Positions 1 to 11,513 of a DNA stretch of 50,993 bases are shown piece after piece. A model generated the notes under the pieces. It was not told where the DNA came from. It searched no databases and saw only the letters and a list, made by a program, of their open reading frames with translations. Made by a program: the position numbers and the translations under genes. Source of the stretch: Microthrixaceae bacterium (GTDB taxonomy: Bacteria > Actinomycetota > Acidimicrobiia > Acidimicrobiales > Microtrichaceae); the NCBI GenBank assembly GCA_044357715.1, contig JBIKPA010000001.1, positions 1-50,993 of the forward strand, read 5' to 3'. Every line of letters starts with the position of its first letter. Within the stretch, counting starts at the first letter, position 1.

Positions 1-402
1 CTCTTGCCGCTGCTTTTCGGCCCACCTCAGGTTCGGGACCGACGTATCGCAACGGCAGTCTGGCTCACCCTCGGCGTCATTGTGGCGGCCCTGATCGATT
101 GGGATTCCGCATTTTCTTCAACGGGTTTAAGGGTCTTGGCAATCTTCGTATTCTTGTTCCTGATAGCTCGAACTGCCATCGGGATTTTTGGTGTGAACCC
201 ACTTGATGAAGCTGGACCAGAACATGTTGAGCCTGCATCTCCAGATATGTTTGGGATTGACCGTCCGCTGACGAAAGCCGACGCTCTTGACGCTGAGCGG
301 GCACTTGGTCTGCGAGACGAGTTACTCATCCTCACCGCCTCTGACTCCGATAGCAGATTGAGTGCCGTGGGCCACTCAAGCTCTGCAGGTGCAACCTTAT
401 GA
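1..402 (+). CDS. C-terminal part of a membrane protein, probably the branched-chain amino acid ABC permease (5'-truncated by the window)
   Basis: Hydrophobic segments. The frame is open from the window edge and the stop overlaps the LivG-like start (ATGA). Confidence 0.55.
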   Translation, partial: LLPLLFGPPQVRDRRIATAVWLTLGVIVAALIDWDSAFSSTGLRVLAIFVFLFLIARTAIGIFGVNPLDEAGPEHVEPASPDMFGIDRPLTKADALDAERALGLRDELLILTASDSDSRLSAVGHSSSAGATL

Positions 403-1223
403 ACCTGCTTGAACTCGAATCGTTGTCAGTTCGATTTGGCGGGCACCTTGCGGTGAGTGACGTGTCGATGAGGGTTGAGGGTGGCCTTGTGAGCGGGCTG
501 ATCGGCCCGAACGGTGCTGGCAAGACCACAACCTTCAATGCCATCTGTGGCGTTGTCGCTCCTTCCGCCGGCCGAGTAACTCTTGGTGGAAAAGACATAA
601 CAAAGGTAGGAACCCACAAACGAGCACGATTGGGCATCGGGAGAACCTTTCAGCGGCTCGAGGTTTTCTCCTCGTTGACCGTTCGAGAGAACATCCAAGT
701 TGGTCTAGAGATCCGAAGGAGTTGGTCTCGTAGATCAACCACACTTCCGCAGTACCTAGCTGACGGTGGAGACCCCAAGCCCGAGGACGAGATCAACCTG
801 ATTCTCGAGCGTCTAGATCTGGGGCCACTTGCTGAGCAGCCTGTGGGAGCTCTCCCCACCGGCCATGCTCGCCTAGTGGAACTTGGGCGAGCTCTTGCTG
901 CTCGTCCGTCGATCCTGTTGCTTGATGAGCCCGCCTCGGGGCTAGACGATTCAGAGACCGACATCTTTGGGGATTTGCTGATCACCCTTGCCGCAAATGG
1001 TCTGGGCATCTTGCTTGTTGAGCATGATGTTGCTCTCGTGATGCGGGTCTGTTCGCACCTATCGGTATTGGACTTTGGGCAAGTCATTGCGTCGGGCTCC
1101 CCAGAGGAAGTTCGTGCAAATGAAGCGGTGCTTTCTGCTTACTTAGGAACTGCTCCCGCACCAGAGACCCCCGAGTACTCAGGCCTCGGCGTGGCCGCTG
1201 CAACTCAAGAGGGTGGCTCGTGA
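399..1223 (+). CDS. livG: Branched-chain amino acid ABC transporter ATP-binding protein (LivG-like)
   Basis: Walker A GPNGAGKTT, GIGRTFQ, LLLDEP, VEHD, and the C-terminal EVRANEAVLSAYLG motif. Confidence 0.85.
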   Translation: MNLLELESLSVRFGGHLAVSDVSMRVEGGLVSGLIGPNGAGKTTTFNAICGVVAPSAGRVTLGGKDITKVGTHKRARLGIGRTFQRLEVFSSLTVRENIQVGLEIRRSWSRRSTTLPQYLADGGDPKPEDEINLILERLDLGPLAEQPVGALPTGHARLVELGRALAARPSILLLDEPASGLDDSETDIFGDLLITLAANGLGILLVEHDVALVMRVCSHLSVLDFGQVIASGSPEEVRANEAVLSAYLGTAPAPETPEYSGLGVAAATQEGGS

Positions 1224-1984
1224 TGGAAGCACAGTTGCCCTCTAGCTCGTTCTCTCAGGGGGCGGTAGTCGCTGCAAAGGATCAGGGCGAGCCGTTGCTT
1301 GAACTACGCGGGGTTCGCGCTGCGTACGGAACTATTGAGGTTCTGCACGGCGTGGATCTGCAGGTTCTCCCAGGCACGGTAGTGGCCTTGCTCGGGCCAA
1401 ATGGGGCCGGAAAGAGCACCACCTTGCAGGTGGCGTGTGGACTCATGAAGCCAAGTGCGGGATCAGTACTACTCGCTGGCCGCGATGTCACCGGGGTCAA
1501 AGCTGAAGACCTTGCGCGATGTGGTGTAACTACCATTCCCGAAGGCAAGGGAATCTTCCCTAATCTGACCGTACGAGAGAATCTCTTGATGGCAACCTAC
1601 GCTGGTGCATCAATGCGTCAGGTGGAAGCTGTAGCCTACGAGCGCTTTACTCGACTCAAGGAACGGCGCTCGCAGTTGGCGGGCACCCTCTCAGGTGGCG
1701 AGCAGCAGATGTTGGCAATGGCCCGGGGGTTAGCAGTCGATCCGGCCGTGTTACTTCTTGATGAGTTGTCTATGGGGCTAGCGCCCCTAGTCGTTGAGGA
1801 GCTCTATGGCATCGTGGGGCAGATCGCAAAATCTGGAACCTCGATTTTGGTTGTAGAGCAGTTTGCCCGGACCGTGCTCGGCGTCGCTGATGTGGCTGCG
1901 ATCATGGTAAATGGGTTGATTCGCAAGGTGGGCACACCAAGCGAAATTGAGCAAGAATTGTCCGCTGCCTATCTGGGTGGGTAA
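1223..1984 (+). CDS. livF: Branched-chain amino acid ABC transporter ATP-binding protein (LivF-like)
   Basis: GPNGAGKST, signature LSGGEQQMLA, LLDELSMGLAP, VEQ. Start is 1220 (GTG) or 1223 (ATG). Confidence 0.85.
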   Translation: MEAQLPSSSFSQGAVVAAKDQGEPLLELRGVRAAYGTIEVLHGVDLQVLPGTVVALLGPNGAGKSTTLQVACGLMKPSAGSVLLAGRDVTGVKAEDLARCGVTTIPEGKGIFPNLTVRENLLMATYAGASMRQVEAVAYERFTRLKERRSQLAGTLSGGEQQMLAMARGLAVDPAVLLLDELSMGLAPLVVEELYGIVGQIAKSGTSILVVEQFARTVLGVADVAAIMVNGLIRKVGTPSEIEQELSAAYLGG

Positions 1985-1988
1985 CCAC

Positions 1989-2441
1989 ATGAATGAAAAT
2001 GACATCCGAATCGATCAGTTCAAGTCAGAAATTGATGGACTGAAACTCAAAGGAAGCTCAAGCGAGGGTGAGAAACGACTCTTAGTTCTTGGCGTGATCC
2101 TGCTAGTGGTAGGGGTGCTGCTTGCGGTGTTCGGTGCCATTGAAGTTGGGCAGTACCCAGATTCACCTGCCGACCAACGCGCCTATATGGCTCAGGGTTC
2201 TTTCCTTGGTCTTGCGCTCATCATTGCGGGTGCGGCACTTTTTGTTCGCTTCTCACTAGCGCGATACCTGCGGTTCTGGATGATTCGGATGACCTACGAG
2301 AGTCGAGCCAATACTGACCGAGTAGTCGACGCGATTGAACGCGCAGCAGGACTCGATGATGCGAGTTACGCCGCCGCTATTCAGCCCACTGTCGAGCCGG
2401 TTGCACCTCATCAGCCGCCACCGCCTCCGCCCTTTCAGTGA
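1989..2441 (+). CDS. Hypothetical two-TM membrane protein
   Basis: Two hydrophobic helices and a Pro-rich C-terminus. The ATG at 1989 lies 4 nt after the livF stop, so it is preferred over the track start at 1947. Confidence 0.7.
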   Translation: MNENDIRIDQFKSEIDGLKLKGSSSEGEKRLLVLGVILLVVGVLLAVFGAIEVGQYPDSPADQRAYMAQGSFLGLALIIAGAALFVRFSLARYLRFWMIRMTYESRANTDRVVDAIERAAGLDDASYAAAIQPTVEPVAPHQPPPPPPFQ

Positions 2442-2618
2442 ACCCGTTTGTGCTCTGGCGAGTTTTGCAGGTTGCAGATTTGCCAGAACTTGATCACTCT
2501 CGTAGATTGGGAAAGCTTTCACAAGCGCTATCGAGTCCGCTCGGGGATTGCTCTCCAGGTGGGCATGGTTCTCTGACTGGGGAGCTCTGTAAGAACTGGC
2601 GCTTGAGGAATTCTGATT

Positions 2619-3032
2619 ATGCCTTCTGACTTCGCAACGAACACTCACGAGACAACTCGACAGTTGAACCGTTCTCACGGATCCTTTGAGTTGGCCCTTG
2701 CACCGGTCATTCTTGGTCTGCTTGGTTTGTGGCTCGATCGCACCCTTGGCACCGTGCCGGTGTTTATGATTCTGTTCACGGTGCTTGGTTTCGCCGGCGC
2801 TGGGATCAAGATCTATTTCACATACCGGTACCAGATGGAACAACATCAACAAGAAGTTCCGTGGAAGGGTCACGAATCTTCTGAGGCATTTCGCACTCAG
2901 ACCAGCGCTCGTGCACAGCGATTGTCTGTTCCTGTTGAAGATGCGCAAACGACCGCAACAGCAGTCCAAGCAGTGAGTCAAGAAGTACCTCGGGATGATC
3001 TGTCTGAGTCGAATCGAGCCAACCGTGGCTGA
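2619..3032 (+). CDS. atpZ: AtpZ/AtpI-family small membrane protein
   Basis: LGLWLDRTLGTVPVFMILFTVLG motif, first gene of the atp operon, GAGGA SD. Confidence 0.8.
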   Translation: MPSDFATNTHETTRQLNRSHGSFELALAPVILGLLGLWLDRTLGTVPVFMILFTVLGFAGAGIKIYFTYRYQMEQHQQEVPWKGHESSEAFRTQTSARAQRLSVPVEDAQTTATAVQAVSQEVPRDDLSESNRANRG

Positions 3033-3573
3033 TCCGATGAACATCCGCATCGAGGGGCCTTCGCCCGCAATGCAAGTAGCAGTCGATCTTGCACGCAAGA
3101 GCGTTTGGCTGATTCCAGTAGTAGTCATTATTTCGGCTGCATTCTGGGGTATCGATGGCGTGCTCTCAAGCCTGTACGCCTTAGCAATCGTTGTGGTCAA
3201 CTTTCTGCTCGCCGCCTACATGCTTGCAGTGACTGGACGGATCAGTGCCGCTGTCATGGCCGCCGCAGCGCTGTTTGGCTTCTTGTTGCGCTTGGGTCTT
3301 ATCTTCTTGGCGGTTCTACTTGTGCGTAACACCGAATGGATTGAACTGTTGCCATTTGGCATCACTCTCATCTGCACCCATCTAGCCTTGCTCTTTTGGG
3401 AGATGCGCTACGTTTCGGCCACTCTGGCGTTTCCTGGCCTTAAGCCACAAGCAACCCCAAACCCCTATCTGCCCTCCTCGGAGAGTAGTGATTCCGTCCC
3501 ATCTAACCTCTCACCTAGCGCTTTGGCGCCGGATAGCTACGGTAACCGTGGCTTATCGGCGCCAAAGGGCTAA
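3025..3573 (+). CDS. atpI: ATP synthase protein I
   Basis: Four TM segments, located between atpZ and atpB. Start is GTG 3025 or ATG 3037. Confidence 0.75.
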   Translation: MADPMNIRIEGPSPAMQVAVDLARKSVWLIPVVVIISAAFWGIDGVLSSLYALAIVVVNFLLAAYMLAVTGRISAAVMAAAALFGFLLRLGLIFLAVLLVRNTEWIELLPFGITLICTHLALLFWEMRYVSATLAFPGLKPQATPNPYLPSSESSDSVPSNLSPSALAPDSYGNRGLSAPKG

Positions 3574-3606
3574 GTGGGCAACGCGCCGTAGAAGGAGCTT
3601 CTTCGA

Positions 3607-4437
3607 ATGCTCGGTCTTCAGACCTTGGTAGGCAATTTCACAACTATCGCACTCCTCGCCGCAGAAGGTGAGGGTGGCGGAGGCGTGCAGTTCCCTCCGA
3701 TTGAAAACATCGTTAAGTGGCCCGCCCTCTTCGGGGAGGGAACCTTCTATGCATTCAACAAGATTGCATTGATCTCGATGATCGCAATGATCGTCCCTGC
3801 ACTGTTGTTCTACTTTGCCGGCCGCAAAGCCAGCTTGGTGCCCAAGAAACTCCAGAACATCATGGAAGCCTCCATCGACTTTGTGGAGAAGCAAGTCATC
3901 ATGCCCGCCATTGGCCCAGAAGGCATGCGCTACTTGCCCATGTTGGTGGCAATGGTGTTCTTTATCTGGATCGGCAACGTCTTTGAGGTAATCCCCACCT
4001 CGCATATGCCAGCTAACGCTCGTATGGCTAACCCGCTCATGCTTGCCATGACTGCATGGGTGATGTTTATCGGAGTTGGGGTCAAGCACAACGGCCTTGG
4101 CTACTTCAAGTCGGCACTGTTTCCGCCAGGAGTTCCAAAGGCTTTGTATCTCTTGGTCACGCCCATTGAGTTCCTGTCTACGTTCCTGATCCGGCCGTTC
4201 TCCCTTGCCGTGCGTCTGTTCGCAAACATGCTTGCCGGTCACATTTTGTTGGTGACGTTCTCGGTGCTCTGCATCACTTTGTGGGGCTTTACCCCCCTCG
4301 TCCTAGTTGAGCTTCTCTCGTTCCCGATGTTGGTGGCATTCACCGGCTTCGAGTTCATGGTTGCCTTCTTGCAAGCATTCATCTTTGCCCTTCTCACTGC
4401 TGTGTATATCGGCGGTGCGTTACACCCGGAGCATTAA
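3607..4437 (+). CDS. atpB: F0 subunit a
   Basis: RPFSLAVRLFANMLAGH (essential Arg) and LQAFIFALLTAVYI. Confidence 0.97.
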   Translation: MLGLQTLVGNFTTIALLAAEGEGGGGVQFPPIENIVKWPALFGEGTFYAFNKIALISMIAMIVPALLFYFAGRKASLVPKKLQNIMEASIDFVEKQVIMPAIGPEGMRYLPMLVAMVFFIWIGNVFEVIPTSHMPANARMANPLMLAMTAWVMFIGVGVKHNGLGYFKSALFPPGVPKALYLLVTPIEFLSTFLIRPFSLAVRLFANMLAGHILLVTFSVLCITLWGFTPLVLVELLSFPMLVAFTGFEFMVAFLQAFIFALLTAVYIGGALHPEH

Positions 4438-4503
4438 TCCGGTCAGTTGTTATCTCAGTAATTAGAAGTTCAGAACAGCAGTGAAGCATCAAAAATCAGC
4501 AAT

Positions 4504-4852
<349 letters not shown>

Positions 4853-4932
4853 ACCACGGGTTCGCCCGCCAGATCAGTTCATATTCGCCCATCTAGCCAT
4901 TCCGCCTCTGGCGGACACCGGAGGAGACCCGG

Positions 4933-5478
4933 ATGATTGGTTTGCTGGCTGCACTTGCAGCCGAAGTCCCAAAAGAAGTCATCAATCCAGTAGTTCCAGA
5001 TGAGCTCGGCGAGATCTTCTGGGGGGCCCTTGCCTTTTTCACCCTCTGGGTCTTGCTCAGATACGTCTGTTTGCCGCCCCTCCTGAAGGTCCGCGCAGAG
5101 CGGGAACAGCAGGTGCTCGCAGATCAAGAGGCAGCCTCTGCTGCTGAGACTCAGGGTGAACAGGTGCGTCGCGACTATGAGGCAACCCTGGCCGAGGCTC
5201 GCTCCGAGGCAAACCGGGTAGTAGAAGCAGCCCGAGTCGCCTCTGAGGCCCAGCGCTCCCAAGCCGTGGCCGTGGCTGAGGCTGCCGCTGCCGAGGAGCG
5301 TCAAGCGGCAATGGCCGATCTTGATGCTGCTCGTGCGCAGGCACTGAATCAGATCAAAGGGGATGTGGCTTCCATTGCAATTTCGGCTGCATCCAAAGTT
5401 GTGCAAGCAGATCTTGATCTTGCCCAGAACCAATCCACGATTGATGACTACGTGAACCAAGCCAGCGGAAACCGCTGA
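4933..5478 (+). CDS. atpF: F0 peripheral stalk subunit b' (first of two b subunits)
   Basis: N-terminal TM (EIFWGALAFFTLWVLLRYVCLPPL) followed by an Ala/Glu-rich coiled coil. GAGGAG SD. Confidence 0.88.
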   Translation: MIGLLAALAAEVPKEVINPVVPDELGEIFWGALAFFTLWVLLRYVCLPPLLKVRAEREQQVLADQEAASAAETQGEQVRRDYEATLAEARSEANRVVEAARVASEAQRSQAVAVAEAAAAEERQAAMADLDAARAQALNQIKGDVASIAISAASKVVQADLDLAQNQSTIDDYVNQASGNR

Positions 5479-5483
5479 GCAGG

Positions 5484-6032
5484 TTGGAGAACATGATGTT
5501 GAGCACTATTGCCATATTGGCCTCTGAAGAACCGAACAGTTTCTGGCTTGTCTCTGACTTGGACGAGGTGATCTGGGGGACGCTGTCGTTCCTTGTGGTT
5601 GCGTACTTCCTTGTTAAGTTTGGAAAGGCGCCAACTGTAAAGTTCCTTTCTGGCCGGATAGCGGGAATCAAGGCGACTCTTGATGAGGCAGAGCAGGCTC
5701 GCATCGCCGCCGAGGCTGACCGGGACAGCATCAAGGCTGCACTAGCTGACTCAGACACAGAAGCCGCCAAGATCATTGAGCGGGCACATGCCGATGCCGA
5801 GCAACTAGGCAGTGACACGACCATTCGTGCAGCTCGAGATGCCCAGAGTGTCACCGAGCGTGCTGCGGCAGACCTGGTTTCAACTCGTCAGCAAACTGAG
5901 TCTGACCTTGCGGGCGAGCTTTCACGCCTGTCTCTCGGTGCGGCGGAACGCGTCGTCGAGTCATCACTTGACGAGGCAACCCAACAGCGACTCATTCAGT
6001 CCTATATCAATCAAGTCGGAAGCCAGAACTAG
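5484..6032 (+). CDS. atpF: F0 peripheral stalk subunit b (second b subunit)
   Basis: TM (EVIWGTLSFLVVAYFLVKFG), coiled coil, C-terminal LDEATQQRLIQSYI. Start may be 5493 or 5496. Confidence 0.88.
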   Translation: MENMMLSTIAILASEEPNSFWLVSDLDEVIWGTLSFLVVAYFLVKFGKAPTVKFLSGRIAGIKATLDEAEQARIAAEADRDSIKAALADSDTEAAKIIERAHADAEQLGSDTTIRAARDAQSVTERAAADLVSTRQQTESDLAGELSRLSLGAAERVVESSLDEATQQRLIQSYINQVGSQN

Positions 6033-6067
6033 CCACAAGCAGTTCTCCGTAAACCGTTTTAGATAAT

Positions 6068-6105
6068 TCCTTTCAGCAGTAACCAGTCCTTTCACTAGTA
6101 ACCAG
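6068..6105. repeat. 19-bp imperfect direct repeat upstream of atpH
   Basis: tcctttcagcagtaaccag / tcctttcactagtaaccag. Confidence 0.8.
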
Positions 6106-6135
6106 AGTCCTACCGAGAGCAGAGCGAACGAAAAG

Positions 6136-6663
6136 ATGAGCGATACACGCATCACCGCTTACGCAGACGCTGCCTTTGCAATTGCCCTAGCAGAGGGTGA
6201 CCTAGCAGAGGTTGAAGACGAGTTGTTCCGACTCGGTCGCGTCCTAGAGTCCAGTGACGAGCTTCGATCAGCTTTGACTGATCAGCATGTTCCGGTTTCT
6301 CGCCGCCAGCAGATCATTGAGGACTTGCTTGATGGCAAGGCTACGCAAACCACCTTGGCGATTGTTTCCATGATTGTTGGCGCAGGACGCGCGGCTGACT
6401 TGGTAAAGATTGCCAACGAACTTGTTCAGCGCACGGCGAGCAACTCCGGCCAAGCCGTAGCAGAGGTGCGCTCAGCAGTTGCCCTAACCGATGCACAGCT
6501 TGCGGAATTGACTGCCGCACTCAAGGCCCGCACCAATATGGACATCATGGTCAAGAACATTGTCGATCCGTCGGTTATGGGTGGTCTAGTTACCCAAATC
6601 GGCGACTCCGTCCTTGATGGAACCGTTCGAACTCGCCTCAATCAACTTCGAGACGCGTTCTAA
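6136..6663 (+). CDS. atpH: F1 subunit delta
   Basis: AYADAAF N-terminus, VRSAVAL, VDPSVMGGLVTQIGDSVLDGTV. Confidence 0.95.
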   Translation: MSDTRITAYADAAFAIALAEGDLAEVEDELFRLGRVLESSDELRSALTDQHVPVSRRQQIIEDLLDGKATQTTLAIVSMIVGAGRAADLVKIANELVQRTASNSGQAVAEVRSAVALTDAQLAELTAALKARTNMDIMVKNIVDPSVMGGLVTQIGDSVLDGTVRTRLNQLRDAF

Positions 6664-6807
6664 AGAACTTCAGTTAAGTAAGCAGCTAACGCTGAACATG
6701 AATACCGCAAGAGACGAATACCGCTGAAAGTAATTCCGTTGGTAGACAAACCGTTTACTGACTGCACGCAAACCGGACCAATACCACGCCGCAGGAGACT
6801 TCCCCAC

Positions 6808-8454
6808 ATGGCTGAACTCACAATCAATACTGCCGACATCAGCGCAGCAATCAAGAAAAACCTCGAGGGGTTTACCCCCGATGTCTCGCTGACCCAGGTG
6901 GGTCGCGTGCTCGAGGTGGGCGACGGTATCGCTCGAGTCTCGGGGTTGCCCGACGCAGCAGTGAACGAACTGCTCGAGTTTGAATCAGGCCTGTTGGGCT
7001 TGGCCCTCAACCTTGATGAAGAATCAATCGGAGCAGTGGTGCTCGGTGAAGTTGATTCCATTGAAGAGGGGCAGTCAGTTAAAGCGACTGGCAACATCTT
7101 GTCGGTTCCCGTTGGTGATGGCCTGCTCGGCCGAGTTGTCAACACCCTCGGTGAGCCCATCGACGGCAAGGGCCCATTGAGTAATGTGCAGTCCCGCCGC
7201 ATGGAGATTCAGGCCCCAGGAATTATGGGCCGCCAGCCGGTGAAAGAGCCGATGCAGACAGGCATCAAGGCCATTGACTCCCTGATTCCCGTGGGTCGCG
7301 GTCAGCGAGAGCTCATCATTGGTGACCGCAAGACAGGCAAGACCACTGTTGCTATTGACACGATCATTAATCAGCGTGGGCTTGGTGTGAAGTGCATCTA
7401 CGTCGCAGTTGGGCTCAAGGCTTCAACAGTTGCTCAAACAGTGGCAACCCTTGAAGAGCGTGGAGCGCTTGATTACACCGTGGTGGTTGTTGCACCCGCA
7501 TCAGACCCAGCACCCTTCAAGTACCTTGCTCCCTACTCCGGTTGCGCCATGGGCCAGCACTGGATGGACAACGGCGAGCACGCACTCATCGTGTATGACG
7601 ATCTGTCGAAGCAGGCTGAGGCATACCGTCAGGTTTCGTTGCTTCTCCGCCGCCCGCCAGGGCGTGAGGCTTACCCAGGTGACGTGTTCTATCTGCACAG
7701 CCGCTTGCTAGAGCGTGCTGCACGACTCAAGGATGAGCCCGGCAAGCCAGGTGGTTCTCTGACGGCACTGCCCATCATCGAAACTAAAGCTGGCGACGTT
7801 TCTGCTTATATTCCAACCAACGTGATTTCGATTACTGACGGTCAGATTTTCTTGCAGGACGACCTCTTCAAGTCCGGCATTCGCCCCGCAGTGGACGTCG
7901 GTATTTCCGTGTCACGAGTGGGATCTTCAGCGCAGATCAAGGCTATGAAGAAGGCCGTTGGAACGCTCAAGTCCGACCTGCAGCAGTTCCGCGACCTTGA
8001 GGCGTTCGCCGCTTTCGGGTCTGACTTAGATGCTGCATCTAAGGCGCAGCTTGAGCGTGGCTACCGTTTGACCGAACTGCTCAAGCAGGGGATCAACTCG
8101 CCGATGTCAGTTGAGGAACAGTGTGTGGTGCTCTTTGCCGCAACACGAGGTTACCTAGACAACATCGAAATCTCTGATGTGGCCAACTACGAGGCCAGCT
8201 TGATTGAGTGGTTCCGCACTCGTCACAGCGATGCACTCGAAGGGATTCGCAGCAGCGGAGACATCGCAGATGTTGACGGCTTTGAAGCAGCTATCAAGGC
8301 GTTTACCGAGCAGTTCGAAGGAGCAGTTGCTGACGGCTCAGCTCCCGAGATCGAGGCCATGGCGCAGGCTGAGGCCAGTTTGCAACGTGCACCGATTCAT
8401 CTGCCCGAAGTAGAGACAGTTCGTCCAGACTCCGCCGACACAGAGCTTCGCTGA
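6808..8454 (+). CDS. atpA: F1 subunit alpha
   Basis: GDRKTGKT and [23 protein letters not shown]. Start set at ATG 6808 after an AGGAG SD rather than the track start at 6739. Confidence 0.98.
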   Translation: MAELTINTADISAAIKKNLEGFTPDVSLTQVGRVLEVGDGIARVSGLPDAAVNELLEFESGLLGLALNLDEESIGAVVLGEVDSIEEGQSVKATGNILSVPVGDGLLGRVVNTLGEPIDGKGPLSNVQSRRMEIQAPGIMGRQPVKEPMQTGIKAIDSLIPVGRGQRELIIGDRKTGKTTVAIDTIINQRGLGVKCIYVAVGLKASTVAQTVATLEERGALDYTVVVVAPASDPAPFKYLAPYSGCAMGQHWMDNGEHALIVYDDLSKQAEAYRQVSLLLRRPPGREAYPGDVFYLHSRLLERAARLKDEPGKPGGSLTALPIIETKAGDVSAYIPTNVISITDGQIFLQDDLFKSGIRPAVDVGISVSRVGSSAQIKAMKKAVGTLKSDLQQFRDLEAFAAFGSDLDAASKAQLERGYRLTELLKQGINSPMSVEEQCVVLFAATRGYLDNIEISDVANYEASLIEWFRTRHSDALEGIRSSGDIADVDGFEAAIKAFTEQFEGAVADGSAPEIEAMAQAEASLQRAPIHLPEVETVRPDSADTELR

Positions 8455-8485
8455 AGCTTCGGACGATCGGAAGTAGGGAGACCCC

Positions 8486-9481
8486 ATGCCGGGCGCACAG
8501 GAACGAGTACTACGCAGGCGTATTGCCAGCGTTCAGAACACGAAAAAGATTACGCGCGCCATGGAACTCATCGCGGCTACTCGCGTGGTCAAGGCCCAAG
8601 TGCGAGCTAATGAGGCGCGGCCCTACTCCGAGCGCATCACCGAAGTCATTCAAGACTTAGCTGCTGCAGGCGCCGAGGCCGATCACCCTTTGCTGCGTCC
8701 AATCGAAAAAGTTGAAAAGGTCGGCGTTCTTGTCCTTTCTGGCGACCGCGGTTTGGCCGGCGCCTATAACACCAACGTGATTCGAGCCGCAGAGCAAGAG
8801 ATTCAGGATGCTCGCTCCAAGGGTCTGGACTATTCGCTGGTGACCGTGGGCCGCAAGGCCGAGGGGTATTTCCGGTTCAGGAACTTTGAAATCGACGCCT
8901 CATTCAGCGGGTTCACAGACCGTCCAACCTATGAAGAAGCAGTAGCTATTGCTGCAAGAGTGACTGATCTCTTTGTGAACGGCGGATGCGATCGAATCGA
9001 TCTGGCCTACACGCGCTTTGTTACCTTGGGCACCCAAGAGGTAGTGGTTCGGCGCTTCTTGCCCCTCGAGTCTGAAGCCACGATTGCTTCTGCAGGTGAC
9101 TCAGGTGCCACTGCAGGGTTCGAGTTTGAGCCATCCGCGAATGCTGTGCTTGAGTCGCTGCTTCCTCGCTATATCGAGTCTCGTATTTATGCAGCGCTGC
9201 TTGATGCTGCAGCCTCTGAGTTGGCGAACCGTCAGCGAGCAATGAAGTCTGCTACTGACAACGCCCAAGAACTCATCATCAAGTACACCCGCAAGATGAA
9301 CCAGGTGCGTCAAGAGGCAATCACCACTGAGATCATGGAGATCATCAGCGGTGCGGAAGCCCTTGCAGATGATAAGTCCGGGCCAGAGGACCTTCTACTC
9401 GATCACTTGTCGGCTGACCCGTTCCCAAATGTGCTTGATCGCCGTACCCAACACGCTCATCACGAGACGCCTCGCACATGA
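8486..9481 (+). CDS. atpG: F1 subunit gamma
   Basis: KITRAMELIAA, DRGLAGAYN, AMKSATDNA, RQEAITTEIMEII. Confidence 0.97.
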   Translation: MPGAQERVLRRRIASVQNTKKITRAMELIAATRVVKAQVRANEARPYSERITEVIQDLAAAGAEADHPLLRPIEKVEKVGVLVLSGDRGLAGAYNTNVIRAAEQEIQDARSKGLDYSLVTVGRKAEGYFRFRNFEIDASFSGFTDRPTYEEAVAIAARVTDLFVNGGCDRIDLAYTRFVTLGTQEVVVRRFLPLESEATIASAGDSGATAGFEFEPSANAVLESLLPRYIESRIYAALLDAAASELANRQRAMKSATDNAQELIIKYTRKMNQVRQEAITTEIMEIISGAEALADDKSGPEDLLLDHLSADPFPNVLDRRTQHAHHETPRT

Positions 9482-9539
9482 TCTTCAATCGCTGTAAACA
9501 AGCCGCATTTCATGCGGATTCATCCCATTGTTCAACTAA

Positions 9540-11038
<1,499 letters not shown>

Positions 11039-11039
<1 letters not shown>

Positions 11040-11443
11040 TGTCACTCCTCGTCGAACTTGTGTCTCCTGAGCGCGTTGCGTACACAGGGGAGGCCAAGAT
11101 GGTGATTTGCCGGACCACCACCGGCGATATCGCTTTTTTGCCCGGTCACGTTCCCTTTATTGGGGTCCTCGCAACGCATCCCGTGCGTGTCCTCCTTGAA
11201 GAGGGCGGCGAGCAGATCATCGCGGTTCACCAAGGGTTCGTCGAGGTCTCTCCTCCAGAAGATGGGACGACGCGCGTCACGATCTTGTCTGACGTATGCG
11301 AGTTGGCTGAGACCATTGAGGTTGCTCGGGCTCAGCAGGCCAAGAGTTCGGCTGAGTCCGCACTTGCGAGCGATCCCGAAGATGTTGAAGCCTTAGCGGC
11401 CTTGCGGCGGGCAACTGTTCGCCTCTCTGTAGCAGACGCCTAG
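11039..11443 (+). CDS. atpC: F1 subunit epsilon
   Basis: VELVSPER, GDIAFLPGHVP, GFVEV, C-terminal helices. Confidence 0.95.
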
Positions 11444-11466
11444 TCACCGAAACCTTGTTTCGGTGA
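11444..11466 (+). terminator. Hairpin directly after the atpC stop, likely an intrinsic terminator without a U-tract
   Basis: tcaccgaaac-ctt-gtttcggtga, a perfect 10-bp stem. Confidence 0.7.
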
Positions 11467-11501
11467 GGGCCCCTGCTGTGCCCTAGTCATGGCTCTTCCT
11501 C

Positions 11502-11507
11502 TACTGT
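11502..11507 (+). promoter_or_regulatory. Putative -10 element of a leaderless gene
   Basis: TACTGT, 6 nt, then ATG 11514, with no SD. Confidence 0.5.
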
Positions 11508-11513
11508 TCGCAG

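Noticed and set aside
2256-3200. 314-aa antisense ORF, and the many other shadow ORFs in the track
   Set aside because: They overlap well-supported genes on the opposite strand or in another frame and carry no motifs, as expected in GC-rich DNA.
6739-6807. N-terminal extension of AtpA in the ORF track
   Set aside because: An AGGAG SD precedes ATG 6808, which gives the typical MAELTI start.
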